Of a stretch of DNA of 64,000 nucleotides, positions 33,256 to 45,260 are shown one piece after another (position 1 is the first letter of the stretch; every line of letters begins with the position of its first letter). Origin of the DNA: Callorhinchus milii (Eukaryota); contig NW_024704757.1 of the NCBI RefSeq assembly GCF_018977255.1, positions 7,006,001 through 7,070,000 on the forward strand. The letters run 5' to 3'. Below the pieces are notes generated by a model that searched no databases, had not been told where the DNA came from, and saw only the letters and a list, made by a program, of their open reading frames with translations. Position numbers and translations under genes: made by a program.

Positions 33256-36200
33256 TCATAGCCTACAGCCCTCTTCACCCACCTCTTCACCTGCCTCCTC
33301 ACCACCCACCTCGACCACTATCTTGCCCCCCGCCTCAGGGGGTCCAGGTTCTGTCAGCGAGCAGATGTGGAGCGAGTCGTACCGTGGTGGGGGCGTGCTG
33401 GGGACTGGCCTCTCACTTTGTGCCCGATGCTCCTGCTCCTCCACGCACTGAGCCACGGTGGGCACAGGTGGAGGGTGACGGGCCAGCGAGCGCCTGCGTC
33501 TGTGACCCATGTACAGCCTGGCCCCGCGTATGGCCATGATCCACACGCAGTCCAACATCACCTCCAGCAGCTCCACGATACACAGCACTGAGCCCCCCAT
33601 CCAGAAGCCAAACTGGCCACCGAGGTTGGACAGCAGCCAAACTAACTGCCAAACAAACAGGACAGAGTGTTAGGGGCAGAGAGTGGACGCAACACAATGC
33701 CAGGACCCGAGCGGGGAGCATCTTTATATAATATAAAATAAAAACAAGTCGCTGGGAACAAGCAGCAAGTCAGGCAGCATCTATAGAGAGACGAAAATGA
33801 GTTAACGTTTCATGTCCATGACCTTTCATCTCTGACATTAACTCAATTTTTCTCTCCATCGATGCTGCCTGACCTGCTGAGTGTTCCCAGCCACTTCTGT
33901 TTTCGTTTCAGATTTCCAGCATCTGTAGTCTTTTGCCTTTTGACCATCTTTATATGACTGGTGTCTCTTATAAGCTATAATCCTTGCGTTTGACACAGCG
34001 ACTTAACACGTCAATGTCTCAAAGCGCTTAATGCATTGTATTAATGGATTCTTAATGATTTTGTGTGGGTCTGTGGTTTGAGCACTCGCTTTTTGCAAGC
34101 GAGAGGATCCGGGTTAGATTCTTGGGCAGGGTCAAACCTTAGGCAGGTTTCCTTACTTCACATGTCTCTGTTTACTCAACAGTAAGTGGGAACCCAGTTG
34201 TTAGTCGATTGGTAGATCGCTTTCCGGGAGTAATAATCCCTCAAAAAAAACGTGGTCACCCAATCCATGGCTGTTTGTGGGACACTGCTGCGCGCAATCG
34301 GCTGCTGCATTTCGCCCACAAAATGGGCGGGAGATTGTGGTAGGAGATCAGTTGGGCAGAAGGGCTTGATGACATGAACCTGCCTTGTGTTGTGACAAGT
34401 GATGGACATAATGAAACAGCGTGAGAGGCTGGGGTTCTGCTCGGCTGCTTGACTGGAGGTGAGTAACACACAGTGTAACCTTACACACAACCTCTCGCTT
34501 GCTCTGCTGTTCCGGGTCAATGTGAATTCTCACAGTTTGTTTTTGGGGGGCAGTCTGCCCCCACCCTCTGGAATTTCCCTCCACCTCGCCCTTTCCCTTG
34601 GCTCCTTCAAGATTTGTCTCAAGAAGCTCCTCTTCGACTGTGCTTTTGATCACCCTCCTTCGCCCCTACCCTCCACACTCCCCGATCCCGACCCCCAGCT
34701 CCTGACTGAAACACTGATCGTTCAGCGCCTTGGGATGACCTCCCGAAGTGAAAGGTGCTATACACATGTAATTTTGTTGTTGGTTAGTCTTATTTTACCA
34801 GAATGATACCAGGACTAAAAGAATTAAATTACGAGGACCCTTGCATGAACTTGGTCTCTGTTCCCTTGCGTTTGGAAAGTTGAGGCTGATCTGATTGAAG
34901 TATGTAAAATAATAAAGGGATTTGATAGAGTCGATACAGAGAAACTATTTTCTCTGGAGGGAATACAGAACAAGGCGGCTAAGGCCAGGCCATTTAGGAG
35001 TGTAATCGGGCAGTTTTTCACCCAGAGGGTAGTGGAAATCTGGAACTCTCTTCCCCCAAAAGGCTGTGGATTATGGTTGGATCCATTCACATCTTCAAGA
35101 CGGAGGCAGATAGATATTTGTCAGGTCACGGTATCAAGGGATACGGGGCAAAGGGTCGGTAACTGGACCTGAAGTACAGATCAGCCATGATCTTATAAAA
35201 TGGCAGAACAGGCTAGAGGGTCTGAATGGCCTCCTCCTGTTCCTATAAACTATTCACTTTTGTCTGGTGCTATATTGCTTGTGTGATTGTGTGAGTGTGT
35301 GGGGTGGGGGGGGCGGAGGGGGGAGGGTGGGCAGGTGGGGAGGGGGGCCGAGGTGGGAGAGGAGAGCCACAGACTATTACTCACTGTCTGAGCCTTGCTC
35401 TCTGATATTGTTCTGAAATTATTCTCCTTGAAGTACATATTTAGCTTCAGGATGCTATTTCTGTAAAACAGTGAATCACATTCAAAAGGCAAAATACTGC
35501 AGGAAATTTGAAATAAAACCAGAAATCTCCCCATAGATGCTGCCTGACCTGCTGAGCGTTCCCAGCGATTTCTGTTTTTAATCACATTCAATCCCCCGGA
35601 GTTAACCCCTCCCAGTCTGTGCAGCTTAGCCCCTGACTGAATAAAGCCGTGTGTCCAGGGCTTTCAATGATAATTAATGTTACTATTAAATGATAATTTA
35701 TTATTATAAAAAAATGTCACGAGAACACGCCAAAGTCGGGATCCAGGAAAGATCACATTGTCCAAAGAGCGTTCATCACCCAAATCTCCTGTATGCTCCA
35801 CACCCACCCCCACCCACCACCTCCACCCCACACCCTCAACCTCCCTCACACCCACTCACCTGTTCACTGTGACTTTAGGGGAGGAATCTCGCTCGTATGA
35901 GAGGATTTGATAGATCCATTCCTGAAAGTGAAAGGCACAGCCTGGGTCAGCAGACAGACAGACAGACAGCAGCTTTTATGGAGTTCTGTTGCTTAGTGGT
36001 TAGCACGCCCGCCTCGCAAGCAAGAGGACCTGGGTTTGTTTCCCAGGCGTGTGTGTGTGTGTGTGCGTCTCTCTCTCTCTCTCTCACCGTGGTGTGTCTC
36101 ATTCTCTCTCTCGCTCACCGTGTGTGTGTCACACTCTCGTGCGCAGTCACTGTCTGTCTCTGGTAACCGCTAGAGGCTGCTGAGATGGTGAGTGAGGTGT

Positions 36201-39200
36201 GTGATGGGAGGAGCAGTCGATGGCAAGATGACAGCACTGAGCGTGGGCTCAGCTGAGACTCTGAGCTGTGTCAGCTTACCTCAGAGGCTTGTGATGGCCA
36301 TTCTGCCATGGAGATGGTGAGACGATAGAGGGTATCACTGGGGAACGAGAGCACAGCATTAGTCCACAGTATTCCCTGTCTCTGGTTTTACAGATCGGTG
36401 ACGAGGGGAGGACGAGGGCTGGAGCAGGTACTCACTTGCAGGGTGGAATACAGCTTGTCAGACATTCGGAGTTCTCGCTCTCGATCTGCTCCTTGAGGTG
36501 ATAGTAACAGTAAGCTGGAGAGGTGAGAGTGGAGGTTAGTGTCTACACACTCAGTCAATGTCTCTGGTCACCTAGCAGTGAGTAGCAACCCGCTTGTTAG
36601 TCGATTGGCGGATCGCTTTCTGGGGGTAATAATCCTCCCCCCCAAAAAATATTTGCTCACTCAATCCATGACTGTTTGGGACGTCGCTGAGCGCAATTGG
36701 CTGCCGCGTTTCGTCCACAAAATATACTTTACAGTCAATTCCTTTTACAGTATATCCTGTGAAGCGCTTGCAGACGTCTTGAAGATAAGGCGCCTTGGGG
36801 ACACAGACCCGAGTGGGGTGGGCAGTGGTGGAGGCTGTTTGCTTACCCCAGCCAGGGTGGTCCTGGTTGTTACAGTACTGAGCTCCCTCGGACAGGGGGT
36901 AGTGGTGATAGGCACAGCCACACAGTCGCACCATGTGAGCCTGGTGACAGGAGCGAAGGCAGGTCTGGGTGAGAGTGGAGACACACAGCGTTAGTCACAC
37001 CCACCTTACACACTCAACCCCAAGCACGCAGCCACAAACACACCCAAACCCACAACAACAACAACTTGGATTTACACAGCGCCCATCACATGGGGGAGGT
37101 GACCGTAAGCACGATCAAAAAGGAAGGTCTTTAGGTGGGATTTGAAGGTGGGGAGGGAGGGGTGAGGCGGAGGGATTGAGGGAGAGAGTTGCAGAGTTGA
37201 AGGCACGGCCACCCCCAATGGAGGACCCCCTCTCTATGCGAGGCCGGTAGTGAAGGCAGTACCTGCATGGAGTAGCTGGTGTTGTAGAGAGTGGTCACCT
37301 CTGTGGCCGAGGGGTTGAGTCTGCACCGACTGTACACTCCTCCCAGACGCTCTATTTCGTCCTGATCACAGCACAGACACAGGATCAATCAGGTACAGTT
37401 CTCTGCTCTAAGGTGGTCATTTTTGTACTGTGTGCATGATGGGTGTGCGTGTTGTGTTGGGTGCGCGTGTGTACATACGGAGGATAGAACAGAGAGTAGG
37501 TTTCAATCCTTACCCCGCAAACCCCACACCCAGCCCCCACCCTCAGTCCCCCCCCCGCTCTTGGCCAACACCAGTTACTACATTTACCGCAAATATTGTG
37601 ATGGAGGATTCGGTGCCGGCCTTGGCGTACATGCCCAGGTCCCTCAGGAAGGGGAACGTGTTCTGCTGATGTAGCATAAACTTGGCCCCAGCTGCCATGG
37701 AGAGGAATGGGTTATAATCCTCCTGAGAAATGTCCAGCACCACCTTCAGCCCTGTGTACAACAACAATACGTTACATTTACACACGGAGAACGTCCCAAG
37801 GCTCTGAACAGTCAGGGATTTGGACACAAGCTGGGGGTTGGGATCAGGAGGGAGGGAGAGCAAGGAGGGTACAGGTTGGAGGGTGACCGAAGGCGTGGTC
37901 AGAGAAGAGGGTCTTGAGATGAGTCTTGAAGGAGGCAAGGGAGAGAACAAGGCAAAGGGACCGTGGGATGGAGTTTCAACGGCTGGGGTAAGAGAGGCTG
38001 ACCGGCAATGGTGGGGCGGGCAGGGCGGGGGACCTGGAGCAGGCCGGAGCCTGCTAAGCGGAGGGAGCGGACAGATTGATATGGGGGTAGCAGATCACAG
38101 AGGTTGGAAGGAGCGAGGCCATGGAGGGCCTTGAAGGTGAAGGTGCACAAATACCATACATACGCATACACTGCCCCTCCCTCCCCCCCGCACACACACA
38201 CACATACACTGCCCCCCCCCACCCCCGCGCGCGCGCACACACAGGTTAGGCTGGAGGTTGAAGAAGTTTCACAGTCGTTAATGTCTTCCGGACACAAACA
38301 GTGAAGGAACGCTGGGAACTCACCGAACTCGGCTCCGGGGTTGGACACGGTCAGGACACTGCCGCTCGAGCCCCAGTTGAAGATGTAGCAGTTGCCGTAG
38401 GTCGGGTGAAAGAGACGCGTGAAGTTCCTGAGAGAGGAGGTAAAGTTTGCCAAGAAATAAAAATCCTGCCATTGGATACATCGTTGAGATGTCTCAAAGC
38501 TCTTCAGATAATATACTGTAAAGTGAAATGACCGTATACTTTGTGGGTGAAACGCGGCAGCCAATTGCGCACAGCAGTGAGTGCCCCCCACAAACAGTCG
38601 TGGGTTTAGTGACTGCATTTTTTTTGAGGGTTTATTGTTATTGTTTGCAGAGTGGACGGGTTGGTCGGGGGATATGAACGTAGGGAGGAGAAATAGCGTG
38701 GAGGGCTTTAAAGGTGAGGATGAGGATCTTGAACTCGATCCTCTGGGGGATGTGGAGCTAATTTGAGGCCTTGATTAGTTGAGTTGACCTGGGATGAGGA
38801 GGTTGTGGATCTTGCTCAGTCCCTCATCTGTGAGGTTCCACCTCCCCCCCCTCCACCAGCTCCCAAAGTCCTTCCTGAAGGCCCAGCGGCTGAGGTCACA
38901 CTCACCGCAAGTCACAGGGATGTCCGCCAAAGTTACAGGAGAGGATGAAGTCCTGTCCGTGCTCGCCCATCGCTGTCCTGTCCTCCAGTGAGACATTGGC
39001 CATCAGGCTCATGTAGTGCAGGGAGTACCACTCGTTGACTGCCTGCAGCCCTGTGGTGAAGTTCCTGTACAGACAGTCCCGGCCATCCTTACTGCACTGC
39101 ACGAAACACCAACAGTGTCACACGGGCAGGAGGCACCACGCCACGCACACAGGAGTGTGAAGGTGTGTGTGTGCTTGTGAGGATGTGTGTTTGGGAGGGT

Positions 39201-41609
39201 GTGTGTGTGGGACACCTCTCCACACCCAGTTGAACCGCACTGTTTGGACCATTTTGTCACACACACTATTACTGGCGAGTGTAAACTATCTAAACACACG
39301 TACAGTTGCCCATTGGTTTGTTTGGTTGGTCGTTAACATCATTAAGTGCAGGGTTGCTGAGATGTCTCAAAGCGCTTCACAGGATATAGTGTAAAGTGAA
39401 GTGATTGTGTGTTTTGTGGTTTACACAGGGTTTCCCCGGTGTCAGGGGTCAGATACTCACCAGGTGCAGGGCCACCTTATAGCTGCGTGGGCCCCTCCCG
39501 AGCTTGGCGTCCCGAGGGACGTCACTTTCAGCATCTCCCAAAATCCGCACCAGGACCTCCTCCCCCTTCTCCGTCTGCTCAATGATCACCAGGGGCACCA
39601 GGGGGCCAGGACCCAGGCCAGCCCCGCCTCGGCTCCACTTATCCTCCAGGTCGTCCATGGGTGGGGGAAGGGTCCTGTTCTGGTTGTACATGTAAATACG
39701 CTGCAGTGCCAACTCCGCCAACCGGTCCAGTGGCTGCAGTAGCCCCCGCGAGCGAGAGTACCTGAGGGTGGGAGAGCAGCTGAGATGCATTCCACAATCA
39801 CAATCCCCCCCAAACCCCCCACCCCCACGTTCTTCACCACCACCGTCTGTCCTCAGAGTTACCCCGAATAGACATTTGAACAACAACAACTCACACAGGG
39901 GGCCGGAGCCAGTCGAGCGGAGGCATTGGGTAGTGGGTTGGGGAGTGAGCAGGTCAGAGAGGTAAGGAGGTGCCAGGGCGTGAAGGGGTTTGAAGACGAG
40001 TGAGAGGATCTTGAAATAGATCCTCTCGGCCTCCACCCTCAACTCCAGGACTACTGGCGTCCTGACTGACTGCCTGTCCGACATTAAGTCCTGGACAAGG
40101 GACAACCTTCTTCAACTCAACGTCAGCAAGACCGAGGCCCTCCTGATTGACTCGCGCCAGAGCCTCCGTACCTCGGGCGTTGGCAGCATCAGCCTCCATG
40201 GCTGCACTCAACCTCACTAAGCCAGTCAGGAACTTGGGTGTCTTGTTTGACCCTGAACTGTCCTTTCTCCCCCACATCCGCACCATGACCGGCACTGCCT
40301 ACCACCACCTCTGCAACATTGCCAGACTCCACCACCCCTCAGGCTGCCGAAACCCTTATTCTTGCATCCGTCACATCAAGGCTCGATTACAGAAACTCCC
40401 TCCTCATCGGCCTTCCCAACTCTTCCCTTCACAAGCTGCAGATCATCCAAAACTCTGCAGCTCGTGTACTCTCGCGCACCAGGCTCCGTGACCCCATCAT
40501 TCCCAGCCTCGCCCGACTCCATTGGCTCCCGATCCCCCAAAGAAATGAGTTCAAGATCCTTGTCCTCACTTTCAAGGCCATCCATGGCCTTTCCCCCTCT
40601 TACCTCTCTGACCTGCTGACTCCCTACCAACCTGCCCACTCCCTCCGTTCAGTGGGCTCCGGACTGCTCCATGTCTCCCACCCGACCACCGGTGGACGGG
40701 GTTTTAGCCTCTCTGCCCCCACACTCCAGAACATCCCACGGTCGCTTCGCCTCGCTTCCTCCCTTGCCTCCTTCAAGGACGGTCTCAAGACCCTTCTCTT
40801 CGATCGTGCCTTTGGTCGCCCTCCTACCTCTCTGCCTTCCGTTACCCCTACACCACCCCTCCCCCATGCTCGGGCTCCGACACCTGACTATTCAGCGCTT
40901 TAGGACGTCTGCCCGATGTGAAAGGCGCTCTGTAAATGTAATTGTGTTGTTGTTTTGGCGATAGGGAGCCAATGAATAGACATTGGTGATAATCCCTTCA
41001 AAATAATAAAAATAAATTGGTCACTTAATCCACGGCTGTTTGTGGGGATGCTGCTGTTCGCAATTGGCTGCCGCGTTTCACCCACAAAATATACAGTCAC
41101 TACACTTAACAGTGTATTCTTTGAAGCGTTTTGAGACATCTCGAAGACATGATAAGGAGCTATATCAAATTTGAGGATTATTATAATTATATTACTTTTA
41201 TGTTATTACATTATTATATTATAATTATATTATTATAATTATATTATTATTATATATTATTGGAGTAGACATTGGAAGAGGCCACTCACCTGAAAGGGTT
41301 GACGTTGCACAGAGTGACCGCGGGGAAAACCATGGCTTTGAAGCCGGTGCGGAGGGTCGAGATGGTCTCTCCGGACAGATACCTCTGCACCAGGACCCCC
41401 CACTGCCAGCAGACCACCCCACCAAGCAACAGTGTCAGCAACAGCCACAGCGCTCGCTTCTTGGGCCCCTCGGTCAGGATACGCTTGGGGCCGTGGGTGC
41501 TTGTGGTTTCACAGTACCACACCAGCAGTTCCCGGTAACTCTCACCCGGCCCGTCCTGTAGCCGCCGCAGGGCCTGGGACAGGCAGCGTCTCGCTGACAC
41601 CCACAGCAT
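33256..41609 (-). CDS. SCNN1B: Epithelial sodium channel beta subunit; 12 coding exons
   Basis: Exons in transcription order: 41290-41609, 39461-39761, 38906-39096, 38324-38427, 37588-37751, 37263-37361, 36847-36964, 36436-36514, 36280-36337, 35860-35921, 35385-35460, 33256-33645; all GT-AG and in frame. Motifs: [36 protein letters not shown], Cys-rich thumb, TM2 [20 protein letters not shown] motif PPPRYDSL. Confidence 0.96.
33730..33944. mobile_element. Palindromic non-autonomous (Penelope-like-derived) insertion with 11-bp TSD in the last SCNN1B intron
   Basis: Inverted arms 33751-33805 and 33838-33891 (gctgggaaca.gcagc.agtcaggcagcatc...gatgctgcctgacctgctgagtgttcccagc). Direct repeat catctttatat at 33719-33729 and 33945-33955. 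A partial second copy sits at about 35485-35582. Confidence 0.7.
34800..35250 (+). mobile_element. CR1 LINE 3' fragment
   Basis: gagggtagtggaaatctggaactctcttccc...gatcagccatgatc...gaatggcctcctcctgttccta tail. Confidence 0.75.
37760..38150 (-). mobile_element. L2 LINE 3' fragment (sense to SCNN1B); its tail abuts a splice acceptor
   Basis: [21 protein letters not shown].. remnant; tail gtaaatgtaacgtattgttgttg followed by tacacag|. Confidence 0.8.
40020..40955 (+). mobile_element. L2 LINE fragment (about 0.9 kb, frameshifted ORF2 C-terminal region plus tail); an oppositely oriented short L2 piece lies at about 39880-40018
   Basis: DCLSDIKSW...[61 protein letters not shown]...[19 protein letters not shown]. 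Confidence 0.92.
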
Positions 41610-41874
41610 CCTCCTGGGAGAGAGAGAAAGAGAGAGAAGGTGAAAGAGAGGGTCTGAGAGTGGGAGAGAGAGGGTGAGAGAGACAGCATCTCACTGACTC
41701 CCCCAGCAATCCCGTGTGTGAGAGAGAGAGAAAAACAGAGGGCACGAGATAATGCAGAGAGAAATAGAGAGAATGACAAAGAGGTGGGGCGGGTGGGTAG
41801 AGTGAGGGAAATAATTGAAGGAGTGACAGGGAGGAAGGGGCTGTCAGACATTTGGCAGAAAATAGGGAATTCTT

Positions 41875-42192
41875 GTTGCCCAGCCTGAGTGTCTGACACA
41901 CATGGAAACCCATCACCGTTGCTTAAGAGTCTCCAAGTCAGACTGAGAATTCCCCACATCCCAACTGCACATGGAAATCCCCGATAGATAGATTGCTGGA
42001 ATGGAATGCACTCTCTCTCTCTCTCTCTTTCTCTCTCGCACCCTGGAGGGACACATCCTACTTACCTAATTCCAGAGAGTATTAGGCGCAGGTTGGCGAG
42101 AGCCAAGGCTTGCGGTGGGGGAGCCCAGAGTGTGTGTTGGGGTAACTGCTGGAGTCTAACCAGCTCAACCCACACATAGCTTGGCCATTGCG
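41875..42192 (-). mobile_element. Unclassified hairpin-rich interspersed element (full copy)
   Basis: Homologous to 16162-16450 and 20661-20970. Confidence 0.7.
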
Positions 42193-42509
42193 AGAAGGAT
42201 TGTGTGGGACAGCTTCAGGGCTGCTGGTCTCTGATGGCAGGACATTGTGGTGTGACTGAGGGTACCTCACGCTGTGTGACTAGGAACTGGCTGTGAGCTC
42301 TCGCACCTGCTTTTGTACATTCAGTTCCAGTAACAGCCGCCCCCACCCCATCACCACCACCACGCCCTGCGCTCGCCTCTCAGGGAGGAGAGACATTACT
42401 GCACTTTAAGCTCAAACACTGGAGTGTTTCAACAATCACTACACCTAACGGGCATTTCAGGGCGTTAAAAATCTGTATTTACAGCAAAGACAAGCTGGTT
42501 ACCTACAAT

Positions 42510-43505
42510 CACACACACTGAGACACATACCGTTACACACTGAGACACACACCGATACACACTGAGACACACACCGTTACACACTGAGACACACACCGTT
42601 ACACACTGAGACACACACCGTTACACACTGAGACACACACCGTTACACACTGAGACACACACCGATACACACTGAGACACACACCGATACACACTGAGAC
42701 ACACCGATACACACTGAGACACACACCGTTACACACTGAGACACACACCGATACACACTGAGACACACACCGTTACACACTGAGACACACACCGTTACAC
42801 ACTGAGACACACACCGTTACACACTGAGACACACACCGTTACACACTGAGACACACACCGATACACACTGAGACACACACACTGAGATACCCACACTGTG
42901 ACACACTGAGATACACACACACTGAGACACACTGTGACACACACACTGAGATACACACACACTGTGACACCCACATAGTGACACACTGACACACACACTG
43001 TGACACCCACACAGTGACACACTGACACACACACTGTGACACCCACACAGTGACACACTGACACACACACTGTGACACCCACACAGTGACACACTGACAC
43101 CCACACAGTGACACACTGACACCCACACAGTGACACACTGACACCCACACAGTGACACACTGACACCCACACAGTGTCGCACTGACACCCACACAGTGAC
43201 ACACTGACACCCACACAGTGACACACTGACACCCACACAGTGACACACTGACACACACACAGTGACACACTGACACACACACAGTGACACACTGACACAC
43301 ACACAGTGACACGCTGACACCCACAGTGACACACTGACACCCACACAGTGACACACTGACACACACACTGGTGACACACTGACACACACACAGTGACACA
43401 CTGACACCACACACACAGTGACACACTGACACACTGACACAGTGACACACTGACACACACACAGTGACACACTGACACACACACAGTGACACACTGACAC
43501 ACACG
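42510..43505 (+). repeat. CA-rich minisatellites (22-bp acacactgagacacacaccgtt; acagtgacacactgacaccc)
   Basis: Directly visible tandem units. Confidence 0.9.
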
Positions 43506-43694
43506 CGGAGACACACACCAAGACGGGCATTCGCTCTGTGCACATACTGCACAAACCTCGTGTTATTAAGCGCTTCCGAAAGATCCGAGAAACGTACAGC
43601 AAAAGTGTGTCAGTGAAGTCCGGGTCACAGCAGTGAATGTGTAACACAGAGAGAGAGACTCACTGCTCCCCATCGCCTGGTCCTCAAACTGACA

Positions 43695-45260
43695 CTCACC
43701 AACTCCCCCCACACCCCCCCCCACACCTCCCCCCCACACCCCCCACACCCCCATACCCCCCCCCACACCCACCCCACATACCCCCACACCCCCCCCCACA
43801 CCCCATACCCCCCCCCACACACACACCCCACATACCCCCACACCCCCCACCCCACATACCCCCCACCACGCCCCCACATACCCCCCCCACATACCCCCCC
43901 CCCCCCACACCCCCATACCCCCCCCCCCATACCCCCCACACACACACCCCCACACCACCCAGGTCACCTCCAACTATCTGTGCACAGCCACAGCCACAGC
44001 CAGGGGTTGACTGCGTCAGAAACACACACACAGGGACTCACACACACACACACACACACACACACAGGGACTCACACNNNNNNNNNNNNNNNNNNNNNNN
44101 NNNNNNNNNNNNNNNNNNNNNNNNNNNNNNNNNNNNNNNNNNNNNNNNNNNNNNNNNNNNNNNNNNNNNNNNNNNNNNNNNNNNNNNNNNNNNNNNNNNN
44201 NNNNNNNNNNNNNNNNNNNNNNNNNNNNNNNNNNNNNNNNNNNNNNNNNNNNNNNNNNNNNNNNNNNNNNNNNNNNACACAGGGACTCACACACCCACAC
44301 ACACAGGGATTCACACACACACAGGGACTCACACACACACACACACACACACACACGGATTCACACACACACACACACAGGGACTCACACACACACACAC
44401 ACACAGGGTGTCAGTAACTCACACACACACACACACACAGGGACTCACACACACACACAGGGACTCACACACACACACACAGGGACTCACACACACACAC
44501 ACAGGGACTCTCACACACACATGGACTCACACACTGGGACATCCACACACAGGGACACACACATACATAGTGACATCCACACACACACACGGACTCACAC
44601 ACACACACATAGGGACTCACACACAGGGACATCCACACAAACACACAGTGACATCCACACATACAGACACACACAGTGACATCCACACACACAGGGACTC
44701 ACACAGGGACACTCACTCACTCACTCACTCACACACAGGGACACTCACTCACTCACACACAGGGACACTCACTCACTCACTCACACACAGGGACACTCAC
44801 TCACTCACTCACTCACCCACAGGGACACTCACTCACTCACGTACACACAGGGACACTCATTCACTCACTCACACACAGGGACACTCACTCACTCACTCAC
44901 TCACACCCAGGGAGACTCACTCACTCACTCACTCACACTCACTCACTCACACCCTCACTCACTCACTCACAAGCTCACAGTGTCACTCACTCACTCACTC
45001 ACTCACTCACTCACACCAGGGACACTCACTCACTCACTCACACACAGGGACACTCACTCACTCACACACAGGGACACTCACTCACTCACACACAGGGAGA
45101 CTCACTCACTCACACACAGGGACACTCACTCACACACAGGGACACTCACTCACACACAGGGACACTCACTCACTCACTCACACACAGGGACATACGCACT
45201 CACATACAGGGATACACAGATACAGGGACATACACACTCACTGTCACACACACTGGAGAC
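43695..45260 (+). repeat. C-rich and (CA)/(CACT) low-complexity tracts containing an assembly gap (44078-44276)
   Basis: Directly visible. Confidence 0.9.

Noticed and set aside
36167-36180. Second CTCF-like motif (CCGCTAGAGGCTGC); another at about 15726-15740
   Set aside because: Mismatches in the GGGC core; the second lies within a SINE head.
40147-40903. Active LINE reverse transcriptase gene
   Set aside because: 5'-truncated and frameshifted, lacking the endonuclease and most of the RT core.
42313-42328. Glucocorticoid/mineralocorticoid response element upstream of SCNN1B (TGTACAttcAGTTCC)
   Set aside because: One half-site misses the core TGT; too weak to support without data.
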